A stretch of 64,000 nucleotides of DNA, taken from the NCBI GenBank assembly GCA_002104945.1, contig MCFH01000003.1:62001-126000 (forward strand), read 5' to 3'. Below, piece by piece: positions 1 through 10,899 of this stretch. The position numbers were made by a program, and so were the translations under genes. Each line of letters starts with the position of its first letter. Positions within the stretch are counted from its first letter, which is position 1. The stretch comes from Piromyces finnis finn (taxonomy: Eukaryota > Fungi > Neocallimastigomycota). The notes beneath the pieces were generated by a model. It was given only the letters and a program-made list of their open reading frames with translations. It did no database searches and was not told the DNA's origin.

Positions 1-645
1 GTTTATTCAGAGAATGATCACCCCTGATGTATTGAACATAAATCATTCACCCAAAAGGATATAAATTATTGTTTTAATTAAATTAAAATTATTTTCCGGA
101 ATTAATTAACTTTATTTTATAATAATTATTTCAATAACATAACTTATAATCTTTGAATTAAAAGATTATAAATTATTAATATTATATTCAATGAATTATA
201 TTATAATTAAGAAATAACTAATATTATGAATATATAAATAATAGTTATTTTTAATAATTAGTAATAAGTCTTAAGTTTAACCTTAGTATTATAAAATATA
301 TTATAAAAAATAATCATGTATTAAAAAGTTATTTTATTATTAAACGTAAAATTACAAATAGTATAAATAGTTTAGAATAGTTTTATGAATTAAATCTTTG
401 TAAAGATTATTACCTTATTAATACTTAACAAGTATTACTATTAAATAATCTTATTATTATATATACTCTTCAAATAAAATAAAAAGAAATTATTTTAACT
501 ATAATACATAATTTAATTATTATTATTCATTTATAAAACAATTAAGATTATTTTAATAAAACATTTTTTCTAACCTAGTTATCTTTAATCTTTTATTTAA
601 TTTAATATTTTAATATTAAATTATAAGTTTAATAAAACTTTTACA
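1..645 (+). repeat. 3' part of a K-family LTR (solo or 3' LTR) inserted into the 5' LTR of element A
   Basis: Reverse complement of 8024-8668 and of the K LTRs; ends ...AACTTTTACA at 645 and is followed by AAAAT (predicted TSD) and the remainder of the A LTR. Confidence 0.9.
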
Positions 646-1282
646 AAAATGTATACATTTTTCATGTTTTATTTTATTAATATTTTATAAATGTAACAAT
701 ACTTATTATGTAATATGTGTAATGTAAATTAAATTGTAGTTTTATTTTAAATTATATTAAACATTTTATTTAATTATTTAGTATATTTTATTATCTAAAT
801 TAAAATTAAAGTAAAATTGATAGGAACCGGATATTAAATATTTTTCCTATCACAAATAGGTTTTGATTTAATTATTCGGTGATTAATAAGAATAGATTAT
901 TAATCGAAATCCTTCTAGGGTTTTCTTATCTAGTCTTTCCCTAGAAGATTTATTTGTTAGACTAGAAAATTCTTTAATTTAACCCAAAACTTTAAAATTC
1001 TTATAAATAAAACAACTCTTGAATTTAATTAAAAAATTCAAGAGTTATTATTTTTTCTTTGTAAGAAAAAAATAAACTCAAAACTTATTAAGAGAAGTTT
1101 TAATAAAATTTCTTAAAAAAAATTATTATTCAATAATTTAAAATAAGAATAAAACAAAACATTAAAGATACGTATTACTCATTTTGTGAATATAGTTATA
1201 TTATTATATTAATTACAGTGTATTATTACATTGTAGTTAAGAATGTACATATATAATTAAAATTATATATTAAATTCTTACA

Positions 1283-1294
1283 ATAATAACTCTT
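1283..1294 (+). other. Self-priming primer-binding site of A
   Basis: ATAATAACTCTT abuts the LTR and is complementary to AAGAGTTATTAT (1040-1051), about 30 nt downstream of TATAAATA (1002-1009). Confidence 0.8.
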
Positions 1295-1443
1295 CAAAAA
1301 AACAAAAAAAAAATTTATTTTTACCAATCAAAAATTAAAAAAAAATTCATATATACTAACAAATTTACCATTAATTTAATTTTTTTTCCTTTTTCTTTTA
1401 GGATATATATCAAAAAATAAATACAAAAAAAAAAAAAAAAATA

Positions 1444-2031
1444 ATGTCAGAAAACACAAACGTTGCGGATGCTAATAAATTAATAACTACTATTAATGAA
1501 TTCATCCCAACATTCTTTTCACCTAATGGTGTTCTTGAGAACAAGTCAAGTACTCAAGAACTTAGATTAAACGAAATTTTCGGACAAGCCGAATTATTCT
1601 TTAAAGAGCACCCAACACCGTCCTCCTCCGACGAATTCAAAAACTCCTTTATCATCAACAAACTTCATGGGCCTTCCAAGAAATGGGCTCTTTCGATAAA
1701 AGGAGATGGAACTTTAGACTCCCTGGACTACTCCTCTTTCAAAAAACTCTTGATCAAGAACTTTGGTGATACAAAAGAATTAAAGTTTGTCCTTATAGAG
1801 CAACTACTAAACACAAAACAGATTACTTTGGGAAAAGCTGCCTTCTTTACTATTGAATTTAGAAGACTCGCAAACCGCATAGATTGGCCGGATAATGTTT
1901 TCGTTGACCTTATTAGAAGAGGCCTTCTACCAGAAGTTAAGAAAGAATTTGATAAAATAGAAAAACCGAAATCACTCTTTGATGATATGAATCTCATCAT
2001 TGAGCTGGATAAGAAATGCTTTATTGAATAA
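1444..2031 (+). CDS. gag: Gag (capsid-like) of element A
   Basis: 195-aa ORF, clearly homologous to the N-terminus of the B polyprotein (FFSPNGVL, FIINKLHG, FTIEFRR.A.RI.W motifs). Confidence 0.85.
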   Translation: MSENTNVADANKLITTINEFIPTFFSPNGVLENKSSTQELRLNEIFGQAELFFKEHPTPSSSDEFKNSFIINKLHGPSKKWALSIKGDGTLDSLDYSSFKKLLIKNFGDTKELKFVLIEQLLNTKQITLGKAAFFTIEFRRLANRIDWPDNVFVDLIRRGLLPEVKKEFDKIEKPKSLFDDMNLIIELDKKCFIE

Positions 2032-2163
2032 AAAATTAAAGGATCCAAAGATACCGACATCAATAATAGAATTAGCTTTAAAAGAAAATCTTTTAATCTA
2101 CAAAAGACAGAACAAAAATTTCCTAGAAAACGAAGCAATAAGAATGACAACAAGGAAAGCTTA

Positions 2164-5100
2164 TTGTCTGCTAATTACACTCCTGATAATAGTACTTCTA
2201 TGACAATGAGTTTCTTCATTACTCTTCACAACAAATCTCATAGGATACAACTTCTTATAGACTCCGGATCTTCCAGGAGCTTCATATGTAAAAACTATGT
2301 TGCTAACAATAAGATACCTACTTCTGGCTTGACTTCTCCTATTAATATCCAATTACCTAATAATAAGGTAATGAATATTAGACAATCCATAAAATCTCTT
2401 CAGCTAAAAATATTTGATCACTCCGAAAGCTTTGAATTTGCCGTTGCCAACCTTCAACTTACAGGTATCTCTGGAATATTAGGAAGGGACTGGCTTTCAA
2501 AACATAGACCTTATATTGACTTTGAGAAAAATAAAATCTACTTTCTGGAAACTCATTGCTTGGACCATTGTCCATCCTCCAAGGGCAATAAGCTACTATT
2601 CCATGGAGGTAATTTGGCCGCTTCAATGATCCCATTGACGGAATTACCTCCAGATTCAATAATTCCTGAAGAAGTACATGCTTCTGAACTTACAAACATG
2701 GACCTTTGCGCTGCCATTGTTTATGAAGATAACTATAAAATTATCAATAAGTACTATAATGATTTAAAGGTTGTTTTCGAAAAGAGAGAAGCCGACAAGC
2801 TTCCTCCTCATCGAGAATATGATCTTACCATCGACCTGATTCCAGGTAGCCAGCTTTATTTTGGACCTATTTATTCGTCAACTACTGTTGAAAAAAGTGC
2901 TCTTAAAGAATATCTCGAAGAGAATTTGAAGAAAGGATTCATCCGAAAATCCAAATCACCCGCCGGTGCTCCTGTTCTCTTCGTTAAAAAGTATGATGGG
3001 AGCCTACGTCTATGTGTTGACTATAGACGCCTAAACGCTGCTACAATTCGTAACAGTTTTCCGATTCCAAGAATCAATGATCTCATTGAATCTTTCAAGG
3101 ATTCTACTATCTTCACCCGCTTGGATCTACGCTCGGCATATAACCTCATCCGAGTCAAAGAAGGTCAAGAATATTTGACGGCTTTTCGATCACCATTAGG
3201 ACATTACGAATATCTTGTAATGCCTTTTGGTCTTCGAAATGCACCATCGGTCTTTCAACGCTTCGTTCAAGATATCTTCATCGATTCCATTGGAAAATTC
3301 ACTCAAATTTATTTAGATGATATTATAATTTACTCCAAAACCTTAAGTGAACATACCCAACATGTTCGCTTCGTCCTATCAACGCTAATAAATAATGGAC
3401 TCTTTTGTAAACTAGAAAAATGTGAGTTTCATGTCAATGAGACTACATTTTTAGGGTTCACAGTTACCACTGATGGCCTGTCAATGGACAAGAACAAAGT
3501 CACCTCTGTTCTTGAATGGCCGACCCCAAACAACACAAAAGAATTGCAAAGTTTTATCGGCCTTTGTAATTTTTATAGACGGTTCATAAAAAATTTTGCT
3601 GGACTGATGAATTCCCTACGTAAACTCTTAAAGAAGGACTGTAAGTATATTTGGGATGACAAGTGCGAAAAAGCATTCAATAATTTAAAAGCAGCATTTC
3701 GCCTTGACAACATCCTTATATATCCAGATCCTGAGAAAGAATTTACAGTTGAAACTGATGCCAGCGATTTTGCATTGGGATGCATTTTATCCCAAGTTAG
3801 CGACTCCGACAATACCCTTCATCCTATTGCATTTTATTCAAGAGCATTCACTTTAACAGAAGCTAACTATTCAATATATGATAAAGAGCTGTTAGCTGTC
3901 ATTACCGCTTTTGAAGTATGGCGACATTACTTAGAGGGAGCCAAACACCCTATCCAAGTGATAACCGACCACAAGAACCTTCTATATTTCAAGAAGCCAC
4001 AAAATTTAAATCAAAGGCAAATAAGATGGAGCTTATATCTATCTAAGTTTGAATTTCGTATCTCCTTCAGACCTGGTTCCAAAGGCGGCAAGCCTGACTC
4101 TCTTTCTCGAAGACCAGATTATAAAGGAAACAAGAAGGATACTACGTCTACAATTCTTAAGGATGAAAACTTTTGTTGTGCCTCTACGGAAAACCTCTCC
4201 AGACTTATTGAAGCCCAAAAGAAAGATAAATTCTGTCGGAGTACAATTGAGAAAATAAAAAATTTATCTGGTAACTCATCCTTATTTAAACTTATTGAAG
4301 GCATTCTACATTTTCAAAATAGAATCATTGTGCCTTCTTCCTTAAAGGTAAGTATATTAAAAAGTCTACATGACAACCCCACTGGTGGCCATCAAGGAGT
4401 TGACAAAACTCTCGAAAAAATCAAAAGACAATATTGGTGGCCAAATATGAAAAATGATATCTCGAATTACGTTCTTTCTTGTGAAGTCTGTTCGAAATGC
4501 AAAACAAGAAGACACCAACCTTACGGTAAGTTAATCCCATTGCCTGTCCCAAATCGTCCTTGGGAAATTATAGGTGTAGATTTCATAGTATATCTTCCAA
4601 GTTCCCAAAATTGCACCTGCATTATGGTGGTATCTGACCATTTGACTAAAATGGTACATTTAATTCCTTGTACTGATGTCCCTACTGCCGATCTGACTGA
4701 AAGACTTCTTTTGGCCAATGTGTTTCGTTACCATGGTCTCCCGAAGATAATAGTTTCTGACCACGGTTCCCAGTTTTCTTCAGAATTCAGGACTTCACTA
4801 TGTTATGCTCTCTCTGTTCAACCTCAATTAGCTACTGCTCACCACCAACAATCTAATGGGCAGGTGGAAAGAGCAAACTCTGTAATCGAACAATACCTTA
4901 GATGCTACTGTTCTTCTGCTCAGACTGACTGGTGTTTTTATCTTCCTCTATGCGAAATGGCTTACAATAACGCTATGCATAAGTCAATCGGTAAGTCACC
5001 ATATTTCGCAAATTATGGTTTTAACCCATCATGCAACATCAGTGACCCCCCTGTTCTTCTTAAGGATAGTGCATCTGTCCTTACAAGAGACTGGCACTCA

Positions 5101-5424
5101 CATTTTGAAGCATTGAAGGAGCATTTAATAAAAGCAAAAAGTGACTACAAGAAGTATGGGGACAAGAGAAAATCACTCGGACCCAAATTTGCTGTTAATG
5201 GCAAAGTATGGGTAAGAAGATATTATTTTACAAATGAACCAGCCAAGAAACTTTCTAATCAATTCCTAGGACCATTCAGAATTGCAGAAGTACGAGCAAG
5301 ACTTAATTATAAATTAGATCTTCCAGAAAATTTACATCTTCACCCAATTTTCCATATTTCTCAGCTAGAACCATACATAGAAAGAAATTCTGATCTAATT
5401 GACTCATCAGAAGGGGCAATGTAA
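2164..5424 (+). CDS. pol: Pol (PR-RT-RNase H-IN) of element A; frame is open from 2032 and in frame with gag behind one TAA
   Basis: LLIDSGS protease, YLDDI RT, VETDASDFALG RNase H, HHCC zinc finger plus DDE integrase, GPF...HPIFHISQLEPY C-terminus. Confidence 0.95.
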   Translation: MSANYTPDNSTSMTMSFFITLHNKSHRIQLLIDSGSSRSFICKNYVANNKIPTSGLTSPINIQLPNNKVMNIRQSIKSLQLKIFDHSESFEFAVANLQLTGISGILGRDWLSKHRPYIDFEKNKIYFLETHCLDHCPSSKGNKLLFHGGNLAASMIPLTELPPDSIIPEEVHASELTNMDLCAAIVYEDNYKIINKYYNDLKVVFEKREADKLPPHREYDLTIDLIPGSQLYFGPIYSSTTVEKSALKEYLEENLKKGFIRKSKSPAGAPVLFVKKYDGSLRLCVDYRRLNAATIRNSFPIPRINDLIESFKDSTIFTRLDLRSAYNLIRVKEGQEYLTAFRSPLGHYEYLVMPFGLRNAPSVFQRFVQDIFIDSIGKFTQIYLDDIIIYSKTLSEHTQHVRFVLSTLINNGLFCKLEKCEFHVNETTFLGFTVTTDGLSMDKNKVTSVLEWPTPNNTKELQSFIGLCNFYRRFIKNFAGLMNSLRKLLKKDCKYIWDDKCEKAFNNLKAAFRLDNILIYPDPEKEFTVETDASDFALGCILSQVSDSDNTLHPIAFYSRAFTLTEANYSIYDKELLAVITAFEVWRHYLEGAKHPIQVITDHKNLLYFKKPQNLNQRQIRWSLYLSKFEFRISFRPGSKGGKPDSLSRRPDYKGNKKDTTSTILKDENFCCASTENLSRLIEAQKKDKFCRSTIEKIKNLSGNSSLFKLIEGILHFQNRIIVPSSLKVSILKSLHDNPTGGHQGVDKTLEKIKRQYWWPNMKNDISNYVLSCEVCSKCKTRRHQPYGKLIPLPVPNRPWEIIGVDFIVYLPSSQNCTCIMVVSDHLTKMVHLIPCTDVPTADLTERLLLANVFRYHGLPKIIVSDHGSQFSSEFRTSLCYALSVQPQLATAHHQQSNGQVERANSVIEQYLRCYCSSAQTDWCFYLPLCEMAYNNAMHKSIGKSPYFANYGFNPSCNISDPPVLLKDSASVLTRDWHSHFEALKEHLIKAKSDYKKYGDKRKSLGPKFAVNGKVWVRRYYFTNEPAKKLSNQFLGPFRIAEVRARLNYKLDLPENLHLHPIFHISQLEPYIERNSDLIDSSEGAM

Positions 5425-6104
5425 GAAATTAGAATTAAACTTAAGTAATTCTATATTTCTTATTAAAATGTATACATTTTTCATGTTTTATTTTATTAAT
5501 ATTTTATAAATGTAACAATACTTATTATGTAATATGTGTAATGTAAATTAAATTGTAGTTTTATTTTAAATTATATTAAACATTTTATTTAATTATTTAG
5601 TATATTTTATTATCTAAATTAAAATTAAAGTAAAATTGATAGGAACCGGATATTAAATATTTTTCCTATCACAAATAGGTTTTGATTTAATTATTCGGTG
5701 ATTAATAAGAATAGATTATTAATCGAAATCCTTCTAGGGTTTTCTTATCTAGTCTTTCCCTAGAAGATTTATTTGTTAGACTAGAAAATTCTTTAATTTA
5801 ACCCAAAACTTTAAAATTCTTATAAATAAAACAACTCTTGAATTTAATTAAAAAATTCAAGAGTTATTATTTTTTCTTTGTAAGAAAAAAATAAACTCAA
5901 AACTTATTAAGAGAATTTTAATAAAATTTCTTAAAAAAAATTATTATTCAATAATTAAAATAAGAATAAAACAAACATTAAAGATACGTATTAATTATTT
6001 TGTGAATATAGTTATATTATTATATTACTTACAGTGTATTATTACATTGTAGTTAAGAATGTACATATATAATTAAAATTATATATTAAATTCTTACATT
6101 TTTG

Positions 6105-6153
6105 TGTAGTAATTTTATTATAATATTTATATTAAATAGTATAATACAATTAC
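6105..6153. repeat. 49-bp terminal fragment of an LTR (M)
   Basis: Begins TGTAGTAATT after the TTTTTG junction with A; cut off by LTR O. Confidence 0.5.
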
Positions 6154-6801
6154 TGTCAAGAGTTAGAGTGGATTTAGAACTATAATTAAGTCTACTAGGT
6201 TAGGATAGGCTTAATTATATAGTAAATAATAAATTTTTATAAATAAAAGAGTAATAAATATAGTTTTTTAAGAAATATTTTATTTAATTTTTATAATATA
6301 AATAAATAATAATTATTAATTTTAAATATTGAATTTACTATATAAAAATGAGTATAATAATCTCACAAAGAACTTCTTAAAGTTGTTCTTTGTTCAACTT
6401 ATTTATACTTTCATTTTTAATATAATATTGATATTAATAAAGTATAATAATAATATTTTTAAGTTATACATGTATAATAATATAAATATAAATATTAATA
6501 AAATATAATAATATAATAATATAAAAATATAATTTTCTTTAAATATTGATATTAATAAGTTGTTAAAAATAATATTAATAATTGTTTAAATGAATCTTAT
6601 TTTACTAATTGGTTTGTTTAATATAAATTAATTGTTACACTATTTATCTCCGGATAATAAATAGCTTCCCAATTAATATTTATATTAAATAAACTATTAT
6701 TAGTAAAATATTATTAAATTAATATTTTAATTAATTTAATTAATAATTCAAAATTATGAAATTTCATGAAATGTCAAATTTCATGAATTGTGATTTTGAC
6801 A
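6154..6801 (-). repeat. Solo LTR O (K-related), non-matching flanks
   Basis: TGTCAA...TTGACA termini; shares the ATAATCT(C/T)ACAAAGA motif with K; flanks are ATTAC and TTAAA. Confidence 0.7.
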
Positions 6802-6806
6802 TTAAA

Positions 6807-8018
6807 TGTAAAGTGGGCTAGGATTGGTATGTAACTTGGTCAGAATGTTTCATATAATATAACTTAATTTACCAATAAAATATTAAACTTATTTATTATT
6901 AAATCTTTTCTCAGAACTTATTAAAGAATTTAAATAATACTAATTTAAAAATTAAATAGGTTTTTATATTTAAAATAAAAATTTTAATATAATTTAATTA
7001 TGAAATTTGTTTATTAATTATTTATTTATTAAGATAATATTTATTAAGTTATATTATAATTAATAATTAATAATTAATAATCTTACAAAGAATTTCAAAA
7101 TTGATTTCAATTTTTGTTTAAATACTTTTTTCTTACATATAATAAAATTACATTGATATTAATATTGATATTAATAATAAAGAAAAAATAAAATAATTTT
7201 AAATTAAAATATTAATAATTGATATTGATATTAATAATATGAATCATATGATAGATCTTAAGATTAATCTTTTAAATTACTTTTAAAATAAAAGTATTGT
7301 TTTAACCATTTTAAATTGTAAATACTTAATATTATAAATTGAGAATAACAATTACTGATACTAATTATATATTCTCATGATCAATTAATTAATAATTATA
7401 ACTAATGATTTTTGATCCAAAGGCTTTTTGGTTTGATTATGAATGAGGTTATTAATCAAAATTATTTGAAAAATTATTAATTGATTTTTATAATTGATTA
7501 GGTTTTAATCAAGAATATTTATTATCTAACCTTATTTAATAATAATGGAGAATTTTAAATTAAATTATTTATAGAAAGTTGGATGACTTGAATAATGACT
7601 TTAATTATATAAATTAATATTAATCATTTTAATATATATTTTATATATTTATTGGAACTAATTAATTCTTTAAATAGCTATATCTCAAGAACTAGTGGTC
7701 TAAATTAGCTGAAAATTTGTGAGAATATAGATCTCAACTAGTACTTTCTAATAAATTTAATTTGAAGTCTCTAGAAAAGGAAAATAGGACGCGAGATTCA
7801 GAAGTTATCATTAGTTTCGTATAGCACATTTTCTTCTCAAGGGTTAATTTATTGAAAATTAAATTTTTGTGATCCTTAACCCTTTCCCATATTAAATTTT
7901 TCCAAGTGATCTTTTTAATTATTTTTAAAAGTTTTTATAATTTTTGAAATATAAATTTGATTTTTAAATTTTTATTTGAATATTTAATTTATTTTTTAAT
8001 CGTCTTTTATTCTTAACA
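6807..8018 (-). repeat. Solo LTR P (J/K-related), TSD TTAAA
   Basis: TGTAAAG...CTTAACA termini; TTAAA on both sides (6802-6806, 8019-8023); GGTCAGAATG and AATCTTACAAAGAAT motifs shared with J. Confidence 0.75.
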
Positions 8019-8023
8019 TTAAA

Positions 8024-9055
8024 TGTAAAAGTTTGACTAAACTTATAATTTAATATTAAAATATTAAATTAAATAAAAGATTAAAGATAACTAGGTTAGA
8101 AAAAATGTTTTATTAAAATAATCTTAATTGTTTTATAAATGAATAATAATAATTAAATTATGTATTATAGTTAAAATAATTTCTTTTTATTTTATTTGAA
8201 GAGTATATATAATAATAAGATTATTTAATAGTAATACTTGTTAAGTATTAATAAGGTAATAATCTTTACAAAGATTTAATTCATAAAACTATTCTAAACT
8301 ATTTATACTATTTGTAATTTTACGTTTAATAATAAAATAACTTTTTAATACATGATTATTTTTTATAATATATTTTATAATACTAAGGTTAAACTTAAGA
8401 CTTATTACTAATTATTAAAAATAACTATTATTTATATATTCATAATATTAGTTATTTCTTAATTATAATATAATTCATTGAATATAATATTAATAATTTA
8501 TAATCTTTTAATTCAAAGATTATAAGTTATGTTATTGAAATAATTATTATAAAATAAAGTTAATTAATTCCGGAAAATAATTTTAATTTAATTAAAACAA
8601 TAATTTATATCCTTTTGGGTGAATGATTTATGTTCAATACATCAGGGGTGATCATTCTCTGAATAAACAATTAATTATTACTAACAAAATATCTTTAAAT
8701 TGGAATATCTCGTGAACCAGCAGAGATATCGACCTGATTTTAAGATATGTTGTTCATCTCGAGCGTGGCTTTCTAACGAACCCACAATCTCCCAAAAACA
8801 CAATTATCCAAAATCGCCATTCGTTGAGGAGATACACATGTTTTTCCTAATTTAATTTTGACGATAAGGGTTAAAGTTATTTGTTATAAAATATTAAGGG
8901 TTAAGGTCATATCTTAACCTTTTATAAATTTTTTAAATATTTCTTAATATAATTTTATAATTTATTTGAAAATAAAATATTATTTTGAAATTTTATAAGT
9001 AATTTCACAATTTCAAGTGATCTTGAAATTGCAGATTCCACTAGTATTCGTGACA
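8024..9055 (-). repeat. Solo LTR of K family, TSD TTAAA
   Basis: Full-length homolog of the K LTRs (TGTAAAAG...CGTGACA); TTAAA at 8019-8023 and 9056-9060. Confidence 0.92.
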
Positions 9056-9060
9056 TTAAA

Positions 9061-9104
9061 GCTAATAATTATTATTATATAATAAATATAATATAATTAT
9101 TACA
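9061..9104 (+). repeat. Terminal fragment of a B-like LTR (M')
   Basis: Ends ...TAATTATTACA like the B LTR 3' end. Confidence 0.5.
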
Positions 9105-9112
9105 CAATAAAA

Positions 9113-10520
9113 TGATAAGTGTTTAATATTATCTTAATTTATAATTAAATAATTATAAAAGTGATAATATTCTTATCAATTTATATAAAAAAAAAGATTT
9201 AAAATAAATTTTTATTATAAAGTTATTTGAAATATTTTAATTCGACATAACGATTATTAACAAAATATAAAAGTTATGTTTTAAAAACACAATTTTAAAA
9301 TATATTTTTGAATCAACTCTTTATTTAATACATTTATTAAAAGTATTGATTGATTTTTAAATTAGGAAATAATTACATGTATTTATAATTTTCTTTCTGT
9401 TTTAACTTTTTAAAATAAAATATTAATATGTATTAAAATAATAATGAATAATAAATAAAAGAAACAATTTATTTTAAAGTAATTAATTTAATTAATATAA
9501 CACTATTTTACTATTTAAAATGTTATTTATACTATGTTTATTTTATAACAAAAATATAATTTAAACTGAGTTTTAATAAATAATTTTTATACTTTTAATT
9601 AAACATTTAAATATTATTATTATTTATTATTTATTTTTAAGTTGTTTTGAGGGTTAGTTTATATCAAGATTATAATTTCATATTTATTAATTCCAATTTA
9701 TATCAAAAATGATATAATTTGATAATAATCTTAATTTTGAATTTTACTTCAAAAAGTGATTATTATATTATATCTTTTGTTATAACTATATAAGTTATAT
9801 TGATTAAGATTTAAGATCGTTTTTATAAAAATTAATAAAATTGTTTTGTTAAAACACTAAATTGTTTTATTAGAAACACTTGTTTTTCTAATATTTAAAT
9901 ATTTAAAATTTTATTTATTTAAGTATAAAAGTGATTATTAAAATTATAAAATATTAATCTAACTATATAATATTTCTTTATTAATAATAATAATAATGAT
10001 TAAAATAAGAATATTTACATGTATTTATATTTTCTTTTGAATTTAAACTATTTACATTAAAACAATAAAATTAATAACTATTTACAATAAAAGTAATAAA
10101 AGTAATTAGAAATAACAATAAAAGAAATAATTAAAAGTTAAAGAATATAAAAAGTTGTTTATTTTACAATTAATTAAAGTAATAATTATTTTTAATGTTT
10201 TAATAAAGGTGTTTAATTATATTATTTTATAACATGAATTATTATATTTGTTTACTTTTAAAGTGTAATTTACTAACGAAGTTATTAAATATTTAATTTA
10301 ACAATTAATTTAATAAAAGTTATATATTTTGATCTCGATTAATTAAAGTTTATTATTTTCTTTCAATAATCAAAATATATGCAGTGTTTAGGATTAATTT
10401 TATTTAAGAATTTTGGTAAAGTACTTAATTAAACTATAACTTGTTTTAAGTTACTTTTAGGGTTAACTTAAAAATCAGGTATAATAATAATTTTATATTT
10501 ATTAATTTCATTATTTATCA
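9113..10520. repeat. Probable solo (possibly compound) LTR N
   Basis: TGATAA...TTATCA inverted termini; short A-rich junctions to neighbouring LTRs on both sides; no second copy in the window. Confidence 0.55.
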
Positions 10521-10899
10521 AAATGATAAATAATAATTATAAATATATTATACATTTGATATTAGTAGAAAATTTTATTATAAAATAATTATTAAATAAT
10601 TTTATATAGTTTATTATAAAAATATAATTTACATAAAATCTGTCAGATAAATTTAGTTTACACTTAAATTTATTTATAAAACTATTTGGGTTTTTTTTAT
10701 AATCTTTTATTTATTTATATTTATTTTATAATATAAATATTGTAACTTTCTTAAAATCTTTTTATTAAAAATAACCAAAGAATAAAAATGTAGTACAATA
10801 TTAATTTATAATTTTATAAAATACAAATACATAAAAAATACATAAAATATTATTTTGGAATGTATTTTATTTTCACACTCCCCCAAAGTTATAAATTCA

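Larger units (their letters stand above)
646..6098 (+). mobile_element. Ty3/gypsy LTR retrotransposon A (Tf1-like, no chromodomain); 5' LTR interrupted
   Basis: 5' LTR remnant 646-1282 matches 5465-6098 of the 3' LTR (5420-6098, TGTAAGAA...TTCTTACA). PPT AGAAGGGGCAA at 5409-5419. Domain order gag-PR-RT-RH-IN. Confidence 0.95.

Noticed and set aside
8860-8910. AAGGGTTAA motifs in K/J/P LTRs as telomeric repeats
   Set aside because: Only two or three non-tandem copies, paired with TAACC(C) inverted partners inside the LTR.
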